A DNA stretch of 64,000 nt. Source: Carcharhinus amblyrhynchos. Taxonomy: Eukaryota. The notes under the pieces are model-generated. The model did not search any database, was not told the DNA's origin, and saw nothing but the letters and a program-made list of their open reading frames with translations. Positions 36,763 to 49,630 of this stretch are shown piece after piece; the stretch's first letter is position 1, and each line of letters starts with the position of its first letter. The stretch spans positions 22,754,001-22,818,000 of the forward strand of contig OZ336895.1 of NCBI GenBank assembly GCA_965287045.1. The letters are read 5' to 3'. The translations under genes and the position numbers were made by a program.

Positions 36763-37757
36763 GATAAGAACATAAGAACATAAGAAATAGGAGCAGGAGT
36801 AGGCCATCTAGCCCTTCCAGCCTGCCCCGCCATTCAATAAGATCATGGCTGATCTGAAGTGTATCAGTTGCACTTTCTCGCTTTCTCCCCATAACCCTTA
36901 ATTCCCCTGTCTATCAGAAACCAATCTGCCCGTGACTTAAATATATTTAGCAAGGTAGCCTCCACTACTTCAACAGGCAGAGAATTCCAGAGATTCACCA
37001 CCCTCTGAGTGAAGAAGTTCCTCCTCAACTCCAATCTAAACTGCGCCCCCCCCTTATCTTGAAGCAGTGTCCTCTAGTCCTGCTATCCTTTCTAAGTGGG
37101 AAGAATCTCTCTACCTCTACCCCTCCATCCCCTTCATTATCTTATACGTCTCTATAAGGTCCCCCCTCATCCTTCTAAACTCCAACGAGTACAGACCCTG
37201 TCTATTTAGTCTCTCTTCATAGGCCAACCCCCTCATCTCTGGTATTAGCCTAGTGAACCTCCTCTGCACTCCCTCCAAGGCCAATACATCCTTCTGCAAG
37301 TGCGGCAACCAAAACTGCACACAGTACTCCAGCTGCGGCCTCACCAGTACCCTGTACAGTTGCAGCAAGACCTCCCTGCTTTTATATTCTATCCCCCTCG
37401 CTATAAAGGCCAACATTCCATTCGCCTTCTTGATCACCTGCTGCACCTGCAGACTGGGTTTTTGCGACTTGTGCACAAGGACCCCCAGGTCCCTCTGCAC
37501 CGTAGCATGTTGCAGCTTTTCGCCTTTTAAATAATTATCCCTCCTACTATTATTTCTGCCAAAGTGTATAACCTCACACTTGCTAACATTATACTCCAAC
37601 TGCCAGGTCCTCGCCCACTCGCTCAGCCTATCCAGATCTCTCTGCAGACCTTCCACAACCTCCACACAATTTGCTTTTCCACTCATCTTCGTGTCATCAG
37701 CAAATTTCGTCACCCTACACTCAGCCCCCTCCTCCAGATCATCTATATAAATGGTAA
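36763..37757 (-). mobile_element. Young 5'-truncated CR1 (HER1-like) LINE, RT C-terminal part and 3' UTR
   Basis: ORF 37117-37767 has KFADDTK, RDLGV and LVRPQLEYCVQFW motifs. The 3' tail is a (tcttatgt)n repeat at 36763-36785. Confidence 0.95.
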
Positions 37758-40369
37758 AGATGACCATGTCCTGATTTTTTTAAAGTCAAAGGAGGAAGAA
37801 AAGGGCACAATGACATAACAAGAGTTTTCAAATCAATCTTTGGAGTTAGGGGACCAATGAATATTGGCGAGGACAGGGCGTCAGCAAAATAGACTGAATG
37901 CAGTAGTGGATGTAGCAAATGGCATTTTGTAACTGTTGCGATTTGCAGAACCCATGAGAAAAACACAAAAAAAATTGGAATAATCAAATCTGACAGGAAC
38001 CAGAGTTTCATTAACAGTGAGGATGAGTTGGAATAGAAGCAAAAAATGAAAGTAGAAATATGTGGTCTTCGTGGTGGCAAGAATGTGTAGATTGAAGCTC
38101 AGCTCAGGGTGAAACAGGAAACTGCGGGTGCAAAGCAATGGACTCATTCTGGGTAAGTGATGCAAAATATTATGGATAAAATAGCCAGATGGCAAATGCA
38201 ATGTAACAAGGAAAGCACAAGATAATGGATTTAATTTTTTTGGCCCCATGGTGGTGGTGGGCTTGGAGCTGAGAGGCCGGTAGAATTGCAGGCAGTTGCG
38301 TCAGAACGACAATGCGCTGTTACCAGTCAGGAACTCCCAGGGAGTAGGCTTGCTACCCACTACATAGAAGTGAGAAGCCAATTTGCCTTAACAATTAGTT
38401 ATTTTTTGTGGTGCTTCAGTTATTTTGTCAACAGAAGAGTGTCCCCGGCACCTCATGTGGAGGCCATAATGTCAATGAAGGTAGCCTTCCTGTCACAAGG
38501 ATTGAGAGCCTGAGGCCCCATGCAGCCAAGACGGGACTGTGCATATAAAAGACCGTCCAAAATCTGTTGACTTACTTGTCCATAATGTGCAACCCAGCAA
38601 GCATCTCCATGATGAGGTATCCTCTTGGTGTCCAACCTGTCTCAGCAACACCCATCTCTCCTCGAGGGGCAGCTCGAGAGGTGCTTGCCTTCCAATTGGG
38701 CCGGCAGCATTGAGAACCCACTCATCATCCTTGAGAAGATGGTGAGGCTGCGTCTGTGAAGATCGCTCTGCTACTCTTGGGAAGTACGGTTTTGGGAAAC
38801 TCATTTCGTCCCAGAGCTGGTACCCTGAAGCTCATAATAAAAATCCAGTGCAATGCAGTTTGGATGGAAAATATATAGAAATGGCTCAGTGAAAAACATG
38901 GAAAGATTGGATGAACGGCTAACCATGTGGCTCAAATACATAACTGATTGAATGTGGCAATGCGGTGCATTTTGAATTTGAAAAATGGGTCCCAGAGTAC
39001 AAAAGCAATAAACTTGTACAATGGATTGCATTAGGCAACAATTAGAATACTTCATAATTTTGAACACTTCATTAAAGGAAGACCATCGATAATGTAGAAC
39101 ACAGATAACATTCATTCACCAGCTTGATAGTATAGACAAAAAGAATCTATACTGATGAGGAGATACTTCAGAAAATAAGATTATTTCCACTGTATCAGAG
39201 AATATGAGGAAATTTAATAAAGAATCATACTTTTATTTATGGCTTTAAAGATTATGGCGATCAGAGGATGGGCAGCCAGCCTCTATATTCTGATAGGCTG
39301 GCAGTTGACAAAGACATGGATGAGCGTTTCAGCAGCAGACAGGCTGAGTGTTTTGGTCACCGAAATGAAAGTATTGGGAACGTTTGTGATCAGGATGACA
39401 TGGGATTAGATATTAGGCTTGGGGTAGAGTATTGAAAACAATTTAGCTCAACCTGAGACCAATGACCAGGGATGAAGATGGGATTGGTGCTTAAGGTTAT
39501 GGCACTTGCGACATGAGGCAAGAACGATGGTTTTGGCCTTCCCAATATTTAAAAGTGTGAGGTGAGGTTAGGTTAGGTTAGGTTAAAGGAAATTTCTTTA
39601 AGGAGTGTTACTGGAGAATGGCATGCGTTGCTTCAGGGAATATCTAAAGATCTTACTGCTGACTTTGGGAAAAGTGTTTAAATATTTAAAGTCCAGGAAA
39701 GTACAGGGCTATGAGGAAACTACAGGGCAGTGTTATTCATTTTGGAATATTCCAGCAAACAACTGACATGGTTATTGTGGGCTGCATGATTACCTTCTGC
39801 GCTGTCAAAGGAATCTGCATCTAAAATATCATGCTTTTAGTATGTACCAAACAAGTTGGTTTTGATCTTTCCAAAGTTAAGGTTTTTTCCAAATCCATAA
39901 TGTGCCATCAGAACAACATCTTGGAAGAATTTATCACTCAAGGAACAGCATTTCTGACAATGCATGCTCCTTCAATGATTCACAAAATTGTTAGCTCATC
40001 TTTGCAACTCAGACCTGCCACCCTCTGACCTCAGGTACAAAGCTAATCGGAAATGTGAAGTATGTGGAAAACACAAATAAGCTGTTGAGCGTTATAAATA
40101 GGTTAAGTGTTTAACAGCAAGATGGTGAATGGAACATAATACAGGTAAGTTGTTAAGTTCAATACTAGAATATGGTAGAGGAATGATACAGAGGAATGAC
40201 ACATCCAGCAAGTTTATTTTTCAAACAGTTCAATAGAGTACCAACCTCCTAATGATTGCCCAAACCCAAATGTTTCAGCCATGTCCATTTATAGTCTTTT
40301 TCAAGGTTGAACCAATGGTCATTATCTGTTTGCAGTTGCAAGGGTTGCAATTGCTGATACATTGATAAA

Positions 40370-41282
40370 GTGTGAGGATATTCAATTTGGTAATGTGAAC
40401 AGAAAAAGTTAAAAAAAAATTAAACTTTTAAATATTGATATTGAGAGATACTCGGGTTTTTTGGATAAGGAATTTAGATAATTACTTGCTGCACCTGCAA
40501 CTAACCAAGATGGCAAATGGCATGTTGGCCTTTATTACAAAGGGACTGGATCACAAGAACAAGAAAATCTTGCTACACTTGGACAGGACTTTAGCGAGAT
40601 CATACCTGGAGTACAATGTGTTGTTTAGATCTTCATATCTAAGGAGGGAGATGACAAAGCAAAGGTTCACTAGATTGGTTCCTGGGATAAGAGAGTTGTC
40701 CTATAATGAGAGACTGAGGAAACTGAACTTACATTCTTCCATTAGAAGATTGGGAAGTGTCAACATTCTGAAGTGCTTAGCAGGATAGGCATTAAAAAGA
40801 CTGTTTTCCCTGGTTGGAGAATTTAGTGGCACAGCCTCAGAATAAGTGTTGTGCCATTCAGGACTGAAATGAGAAGACACTTCTCCACTCAATGAGCCGT
40901 GAATATTTGGAATTGTCTACCACATTGAATATATTCAATGCTTGGGTAGATAGATTTCTCATGGATCCCACTCAGGCTCACAGATTTACCCTGCTAACCT
41001 TCCTGACACTAAGGGGCAATTAAGCATGGCCAATCAACCCAGCTAGTCTATGAGAGGAAACCGGAGCACCTGGAGGAAACCCATGCACACATGGAGAGAA
41101 TGTGCAAACACCACATAGACAGTAACCCAAGACTGGAATTGAACCTGGTTCCCTGGTGCTTTGAGGCAGCAGTGCTAATCACCGTGCCACCGTGCCGCCC
41201 TTGAGGCACATGATAAACCTGAATGGCAAAGCAGACTTGAGAGAATGTATGGTCCACTGCTGCTCCTTGTATTTATGTTCTA
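40370..41282 (+). mobile_element. Degenerate CR1 3' fragment interrupted by HE1
   Basis: ORF 40435-40788 reads KMANGMLAFITKG...LEY...QRFTRLVPGIRELSYNERL. The tail resumes at 41205-41282. Confidence 0.85.
40975..41200 (-). mobile_element. HE1 SINE (partial)
   Basis: Reverse head gggcggcacggtggcacggtgattagcactgctgcctc. Confidence 0.9.
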
Positions 41283-41534
41283 AAGTCAAGAGTGATGTTA
41301 TCAAGACAATCTGACACCTAATGTAATAAATAGCACTGTATTCAAAAGGCTTATTATCTTAACTTGGAAAGTTGGGGTTTATGAGAAATCAAAGTTAACC
41401 CGACAACATGTCAGTGCACAACTGTGACACTGTGTAAACATCCTGCTTATGTTTTCCTTTGTATGAAAGTAAGCTAGGGATTTTCACATTACCATTGGAT
41501 GCTTTCATATCCAGTGTTTACAATGAACTAAATT

Positions 41535-41865
41535 GGAATCATAGAGTAAAATCATAGAATCCCTACAGTACAGAAAGAGGCATTCAGCCCATCAAGCCTG
41601 CACTGACAACAATCCCACCGAAGCCCTATCCCCTTAACCCCATATATTTACCCTGCTAATCCCACTGACACTAAGGGGAAATTTAAGTATGGCCAGTCGA
41701 CCTAACCCACATATCATTGGACTGTAGGAGGAAACTGGAGCCCCGGAGGAAACCCACAAAGACACAGGGAGAACATGAAAATTCCACACAGACAGTGATC
41801 CGAAGCCAGAATTGAACTTGGGTCCCTGGTGATGTCAGGCAGCAGTGCTAACCACTATGCCACCA
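41535..41865 (-). mobile_element. HE1 SINE
   Basis: Reverse tail atcatagaatccctacagtacag through the head. Confidence 0.9.
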
Positions 41866-43289
41866 TAATACTCAAGGTCTGAAGGACAGTCAGCAATGGG
41901 AAAGAGGGGGGTTATTTTTGTTGGTCAATAGTCATCGAACCTATTATGTTCTTTCATGGGTTACTTGGTTTTGCTATGTTACCATAACCCATCTGATTTC
42001 TTTACAGACATTCACCTTCTGTGAAGCCTCACTGTTTATACTGCAGACATATTAAGTGGTGAACTGCTGTTGGCCTGAATCCCATCTTCCATCAAGCAGC
42101 ATATAATACATAATAACACATACATCTATTATTGTCTAATTAGTTTTACTGTATTGAAATCTGTGAAAATTCAACTCGTCATTAGAATTTTGCAGATAGT
42201 TAATTTGGAGTTGATGCCCGATTTCTGCTGCACTGGAATGCCGACAAACCTGAACAGCCATCCACGAGTCTTATGCTCTCTAATATCCAGCCCGCTGAGA
42301 TCACAGATATGAACCCTTGAAATGTTGAACCCAACCATCTGACTTCCAGATGTTGTATGATGTGCATCAGGCACAAGAGCTTCATGTTTGGGCTGTGACC
42401 TTGGCAAGCTGGTTGCTCATAAACATGCAATGCAAAAAGCTGTGCTTCACTACATCCAAGGCAGCTGGTAAATCGGCAGTAATATCTTGAGTTCACGGTT
42501 CACCATTCGGACTGCTTGGCTTTGCACACCCTCATTACCAGCACAGAAGCCTGGTATACAGCAGTAAAAAAAAAGCATGGAAAAGAGTCATTTATGTTAA
42601 TGTAAAAAAAAGTGAAATGATTGATGGCTCAAACACTAATACTCTCAGTTCTTAACATGTGCGAAACACCATATCGATCCATTCTCCATCAATCTGTTAG
42701 CTCCTTTTCCTAGTAAGCAGCCTATGAATATTACTGCTTACAGAAGAAATAAATGTTTCATGTTACTATGTTATTTTAATACTCTAGAGTATTGCAATAA
42801 TGGCAGAACACAGGATATTGTCAATTAGATAAAGTGTGCTGTGAAAAACTGAGTTACTGTAATACGACAAGGAAGTCGCAAAGCCTCTTCTGGTTCTTCT
42901 TAAATCACTATAACAGAAAGCTGTTTTCTTAAAAACATAATTTTTGTCCTGATCAATAGGTCATAAAATGTTTTTCAGGTAATCTAATTGCCAAAATTCC
43001 TGTTCCAATCACTCAAGTACAAGCTGACTGAATCAATGCGTGAATCAGCACACAGATAGCTAAGAACAAAACTGACCCATTTGGTATGTGAAAGTAGCTA
43101 GATGTTGAAAGACAGTGCAATTTTTCTGTGTAAAAAGAGAAATATTATTCAGAGGATTTTTCTGATGTTATCTGCCAAAGATGTACAATATTGCAAGAGG
43201 ATTTCCGTGTGGCGTTTGTAACATTATAAATACAAGAATTTGCATTAATATCGCACCTCTAACATAATTAAACATTGCCATCTTTAAGA

Positions 43290-45560
43290 TACTTCTACAC
43301 TGTCATTCTGCTAGGACTGTCCTTCCATCCTTTATTTCAATAAGGATGTTACATTTTCTACTCTTCAATCCTCTGGCACCTTCCTCATTTTCAGGGAAGC
43401 CTGAAAAATTAAGGCAACCCTTCTGCTATCTTCGCCTCCACTTCCTGTCGCAATCTGGGATACAAGCCATCTAAACCAGGTGACGTATCTACCTTAAGCA
43501 TAGCCAAATTTCCAGTACCACTTCCCTTTCAATATGCACACCATCCATTGGCCCCTCCATCTCCACTTCTACCAATATATTGTCAAACTCCTTTTTCATA
43601 GTTAACACCGGTAGAAAAACTCATGAAGAATTAAAGCCTGGTCCTGTGCCTCTACGCATATATAGCCCCCTTTGTCCCTAATGGGAGCCACTCTACTTCC
43701 ATTTGCTATTTATATACTGGTAGAAGATTATTGAGTTCCCTTTTGTGTTGATTGTCATTCAATTCTCAAACTTAATTTTTTTCTGTCTTATTTTCCTCGT
43801 CACCTCCTCTTTCTATCTACTGTATTTGACCTGGTTTTCACCTGATGAACTCATCATTCACACTCCTTTTTGTTTCATCAAAATCTCTATTTCCTTCATC
43901 AACCAGGAGTCCTGATTTTGGCTCCCTTATCTTTCAACCTTGTTGGAATGTACCTAGCTTGCACCTGAAGTATCACTGTACCTTTTCCTTATAGATCATT
44001 CACGTTTCCATTTCATCCGGGCTAGATCCCTTCTTATTGCATCCTCTTCTAATATAAAAGTTCTATATTATTTTTTGTTCTTTGGCAATACTAATCTAAA
44101 CCTTACCCAAATCACTTTTACCCAAATGGTGCCCCATAGACACTTCCATCCACTTCCTCCACCTAATTTCTCCGCACTAGATCCAATGGTACCTCCTTTT
44201 CAGTTAGGCTGAGAACATTCTGATCAAGAAATTTCTCTGGAACACAGTTCAGAAATTCCACCATCTTTGCCCCTTTATTCAAACTTTAATTACCTAAACA
44301 ACAAATGGGATATAAGAAATATAAAGTCCCTAAAATCTTCATTTTATATTTCTTGCATTTGTCTATAATTTCCTCTAGATTTGTTCCTCTACTTCTCGTG
44401 ATTTGGATGCCTATAAAATACCTCAAGTAATGTGGTTTAATTCATATGTGGGACTTGGGTGTCATTAGCTGGCCAACAATTGTTGCCCATCCCCAGTTGC
44501 CCTTGGAGGGCAGCTAAGAGTCAACCACATTGCTGTGGCTCTGGAGTCACATGTCGGCCAGACAGGATAAGGACAGCAGATTTCCTTCCCTAAAGAACAT
44601 TAGTGAACAAGATGGGTTTTTCTGATAATCAACAATGGTCTCATGGTCATCAATAGATTCTTAATTCCAGATATTTTTTATTGAATTCAATTTCCACCAT
44701 CTGCTGTGGTGAGATTCGAACCTGGATCCCCAGGACTTTAGCTGAGTTTCTGAATTAATAGTCTAGTGATAATACCACTAAGCCATCACCTCCAAGGTGA
44801 TCTTACCTTTTTTGCTTCTCAACTCTAATGAAACAGACTCAGTTCTTGCCCCTCAAGGAAAGATTTTCTTCCCGAAAGTACAATGTCTAATCATTATCGT
44901 CACCCCACCTCTCTTTTGTTCCTTCTCTATCTTTTCTTAACATTCAGTGTCCCTGATATTAAGTGTTCAATCCTCACCATTTTGAGCCACATTTCTGTTA
45001 TGCCAATACAACATATTCCTACAATGTAATTTGTGTTTGTAGTTCACCTTATTCATTACACTTTGTACATTTATATACATGCACTGTAATCCTGTCTTTG
45101 CATTCCATATGGTTGTTTTTAGTTTGAACCTATCTAATCTGGTACTACCTTCTCTAGTACTGGCCAATTTAGTTTAAATCTTTCCAAACCATATTATTAA
45201 ACTGTCCCAATTAGTTCTGGTCTTGTTGTGGTACAAATCTAATCCTGCATAGGTGCCTTTTGCACTAGAACTGGCCCCAATGCCCCAAGAATCTTAAAGC
45301 CTTTCTCCTGCACCATGCTTCGAGCCATGCCTTAATCCTCCCCATCCACCTATTACTACTTTGGCTGGCACATAGCACAGGCAGTAATCCAGAGCTTACT
45401 ACCCTTGAAGTTTTACTTCTTAACTTCCTCTCTAGCTCCAGAAAATATGTGTAGGCCTCAATATCAGCTTTCATTGGTTCAAATGTGCATTACAACTTCT
45501 ATCTAGCTGACTCCTTTCCCCCTGCAGAATATTCTGCACCCTCTCTGTGATATATTTTGT
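43290..45560 (-). mobile_element. Old CR1 LINE 5' portion (ORF1 esterase-like domain and ORF2 endonuclease)
   Basis: ORF 45265-45474 (KLRSKTSRVVSSGLLPV...WLEAWCRRKALRFLGHWGQF) resembles CR1 ORF1. ORF 44967-45167 (LQCMYINVQSVMNK) resembles the AP endonuclease start. Confidence 0.8.
44448..44793 (-). mobile_element. tRNA-derived SINE (second family) nested in CR1
   Basis: Reverse B box (gattcgaacc), core agatttccttccctaaag, LINE-derived tail. Confidence 0.88.
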
Positions 45561-45589
45561 ACTGGCATTAGAGAAGCAACATGCCTGAT

Positions 45590-46085
45590 GGGAATGATAA
45601 GTGAACAGGACTTGATGCGTATTACATCACTGGCAGTGACGAGCTCAAGTACATGGAAGATTAAAATCAGAAGGCTGGTTAGTAGAGAATTGCAATAGTC
45701 AAGCCTAGATTCAACAAAGCCACGAATGAAGGTTTCAACAATAGAGGAGCTAACGCAGTGTGGAAATAGGGAACATTACAGATATGTAAGAAAATGGCAC
45801 TATGCAGCTGGCAGCTCACCCCAGAATCAAATAGAATGCCAAGGCCAAAACAACCTGCTTCAGCCTCAGACAGTTGTCAAGGAGAAGGATAGCATTGGAA
45901 ACGAGGGATAACATTGGAAACTAGGGAGCATACTTTGTGTTGCAGTCCGAAGACAAAGAACAAGCATCGTGACAAATCAGTGGCAGTGCAGCGGTTGAGA
46001 AAAATGATGTTGCAGTCGAAATGGGTGTCATCAACATTTGTGTATGGAACCTGAAGCACTTCTGGATGATGTCTCTGCGAGGCAA
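45590..46085 (-). mobile_element. Degenerate L2 LINE fragment
   Basis: Reverse YTNVDDTH (YADD-like) context and aatagtcaagcctaga (SRLDY). Confidence 0.55.
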
Positions 46086-46959
46086 CCTTGCTGAATATTT
46101 GAGTTTGCAACTTGTGGTAAAATCTATTTCTAATTTTTTTTGGTTGTTGTTAATTTAGCTACTATTTTCTCCTGATCTTTTTAATAATTCCCTACTCATC
46201 ACCACCAACCAATTATATAATTCCTTGGTGAAGAGATAGGTGGGAGTCAGTGAATATGAGTGTCGTTCTGTAAGTGGCGTTAGGTCATGAGAAGGCCAGG
46301 GTTGACTTACCATGTTAGGAGCTTCTGGCTCCTAACTGTAAGTTCAGGATGTCATAATGCATAGTGGAGACAAAATATGAATCTATCATAGTATCTAATG
46401 CATCGCATTTTCCCACCCACTGCCCAGATACTTAAACTCAATTCTAAACTGGAAAACATTCCACATAACACTAGCACAACAGGACTTAAAATCTTTGAGC
46501 TTTCCAATTTGCCACTTCCATAACTTCAGCAAGTGTCAGCCAGATGGATCAAAAGTTAGATCTGGCCCAGATATTCCACCAAGACTTTGAATGTATTTTT
46601 TAATAAAAAGGTTTTGAATCTCCTTGTTATTTTGTGTTTCAAAATATTGGCAGAAATACATCTCAAGATATAGTACAACATGGGCTGGGTTCTGGGCTCA
46701 GGCATTTGGGATTCAACCATGCTATTTTGCAAAAATTGCAAAGACTCTATGAAGTTCACAGCTATTTTCTCTGTCAGTGCCTGCATTAAATACTATTTTA
46801 ACTCTCTAATACTGCAAAACAAGACCTACTTCATTCTCACTTGATACCACCCCGACCATTCACTTGGAACTGTAATTTCTGTTCTCTTTGCCCATTGCCC
46901 ACTTTTCTTTAAAATTAAAACACTGCTTTTCAAAAAAGTCTGTCGTTCAACCTTCCCAT

Positions 46960-48110
46960 TCTCTCTTCCCATTTCCCTTCCCCAAACTCCACTATCTCCG
47001 CAGTATTGGAGAATGTGCTGTTGCCAACCAACTGTGTGCTTGCCTCTGATGATTCTTATACTGTTTGACTTCTGTGCCACCCAAAGCAGCGAGACCATCC
47101 TGGCTAATCTGGCTGATGACATTCTGCGTAAATAAAACTGTGGTGAATTATTCCTCCTCAAACTCTTAACAACATTTGACATGGTTGACCAGACTGCTCT
47201 TATCCACTGTTTTGCCTCAGTGATCCAGCTCATATGCTATGCCCTATTCAGGCCTATTGAAATTCAGCCAGTAACTACCCTGCTGTAAATTACCTCCCTT
47301 CCTGAGCCCATGTACTCAACTCTGTCAAGCTTCCAATTTCTCATCTCTATGTTGCACCTTTCTGACGTCTTTCTTAATCATGGGGTCAGCTTTCACATGT
47401 TTGCTTATGATACCCAGTTTTATCCCTCCAGTATCATTACCACGCTTATCTGACATCAAGTTGCCAATGAATAGAACCTTCTATAGCTCAACATTGGCAA
47501 GACTGAAGGCCTGTTGAGCTCCAGCCAGAAGCTCTGCACATTAATCCCTGAACTAATTTCCTCTCCTGATTTCCCATTTAAGTGTGAACTTTATAAGATC
47601 TCACAGTCCTGCTGACATGGAGCTGGGACTCAGGCCCAAATCCGAAGCCTACTGAAAACTTCTGACGGCTATCTCCATAACTGCAACCTCCATCAATATC
47701 TCGGAGCCATCACTGTTGAAAACTTTATTCTAAATACACAATATCTTCCTTGTTTGATGTAATGAGCTCCAGAAACTGTAACCTCATGCAAAACTTCGAA
47801 ACCTGCTTCCTATCCTGCTTAAAATTCCATCCAGCCATTATCCTTGGCCTTTCCAGTTTCCACTGGTTTCTCAGACCTCAGCATATAGACATCTTCAAAC
47901 CTATTCACTGCCTCACTCCCCATGCTCTTCCATCTCCTCCACATTTCACACCATCCCTTCTACTGCAATATTCATTTCCAGCTCTCTCCCTTTACCGTTG
48001 GTGATAGGGGTTCAACATCTTCTCACCCCCTCACTGGGACTGCATGTCTAATGCCTTCTACTTTGCTACATCAGCCATCTGTAAAAGTATCCTTGAATCT
48101 TCCTTAAATC
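46960..48110 (+). mobile_element. Degenerate L2 LINE RT fragment
   Basis: caacatttgacatggttgacc (FDMVD), tttcacatgtttgcttatgatacccag (FHMFAYDTQ), ctcaacattggcaagactgaa (LNIGKTE). Confidence 0.7.
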
Positions 48111-48179
48111 TGAGGTTGTTTGTCCTAGTTTTCTACTAATATTGTTCAATTCTGAGCTGGAATGTGGATGGCTGGGATT

Positions 48180-48880
48180 TTTTTATTCTCTGATGGTGTG
48201 TGGGTATTGCTGGCAAAGTCAGCATTTGTTGCCCGTCCATAATTACTCTTGAACCTTTTCAGAGGGCAGTTAAGAATCAAACACATTTCTGTGAGTCTGG
48301 AGTGACTTTTAGGCCAGATCAGGGCAAATTTCCTCGTGAACCAGATGTTTTTGTCAATGATAGTTTTATGGTCACCATTATTTAGACGAGAATTCAAAAA
48401 GGGGCAGGAGGTTTAGAGGGGATTTACAGAAAAACCTTTTAACCCAGAGAGTGGTGGAGATCTGGAAATCTTTGCTGAAAGGTTGGTAGAAGCGGGGAAG
48501 CTTCACAATATTTCAGCAGAAGTTAGATGAGCACATAAAATGCCACAGCATACAATTACTGGAAAATAGGATTAGAATTGATAGATGCTAGATGGCCCAC
48601 ATGGACAAGATGGGCTGAAGGGCCTCTTTTTGCACTGTAAAACTCTACGAGCAGGAATTTCCAGTCCAGTCCACCTGGGGTCAAAGAATCTTCTAAAGGG
48701 CTATTAAATTGCCTGTCCCACTCGTGAGCGGGATCAGAAAATTTACCCCAATGACTCCAATTATTAATTGAATTTAAATTCCACAAACTGTCATAGCAGG
48801 ATTTGAATCCTCGTCCCCAGAACACTAGATTGAGCCTCTAAATTAGTCTAGTGACAGTACCACTACATTACTGTCTCCCC
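48180..48880 (-). mobile_element. tRNA-derived SINE (second family) split by a plus-strand CR1 3' fragment and a MITE remnant
   Basis: SINE tail and core at 48180-48397, head at 48755-48880. CR1 motifs acccagagagtggtggagatctggaa lie between them. Confidence 0.7.
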
Positions 48881-49319
48881 TTCATTTATGACATAAAAAG
48901 CACAAAAAGAGTATTCTAAATACAAAAGCATGCTGCCCAGGACAAGAACATATACGTTCCCTGGGATTCAGATTGCAACAGTATAAAATTATATTTTTGT
49001 TTCAAAAGTGATGATTTTTTTTTTAATGGATACAGCAACTGGAAAGCTCAACAATCTGGTTGAACTTTGCCCTTCAGACCTCGGTTTAAGCTTCCTCATA
49101 CTGACAGGAAACAGTTGGGATTTTCTACTAGACAAACAGCCTTGAACTTGAGTTCTGCACCCATGACCCTGCTAAAATCCAAAAATACACGCACATATTA
49201 GCACATGGTGCTTCTTGTGCAGCCTTTTATTTTAACTATCTGTGTACCAAATCAGTCCCAGGCATTGTCACACTTGCTCAGTGCCAGAACAGCACCTGCA
49301 GAAAGAGTAGATTCAGAAA

Positions 49320-49630
49320 GAATGCTCTTAAATGGTGGGAGAGTCCAGAACTGGTGGTCATAATTTGAGGACTAAGGTGAGGAGAAATTTCTTCACCCAG
49401 AGGGTGGTTAACGTGTGGAATTCACTACCACAGAAAGTAGTTGAATCCAAAACATAGTGTGATTTCATGAAGAAATTAGATATAGCTTTTGGGAGCAAAA
49501 GGGATCAAGGGATATGGGAGGAAGGGGGGATCAGGATATTGATTTTGAGATCAGCCATGATCAAAATGAATGGAAGAGCAGGTTCAAAGGGCTGAATGGC
49601 CTACTGCTGCTTCTATTTTCTATGTTTCAA
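49320..49630 (+). mobile_element. CR1 LINE 3' end
   Basis: gaggagaaatttcttcacccagagggtggt...gggctgaatggcctact, tail ttctatgtttc. Confidence 0.9.

Noticed and set aside
37117-37767. 216-aa ORF as a host gene
   Set aside because: CR1 reverse transcriptase fragment with a CR1 3' tail.
39557-39590. (TTAGG)n telomere-like tract
   Set aside because: Only about 4 units and not the vertebrate TTAGGG. Ordinary microsatellite.
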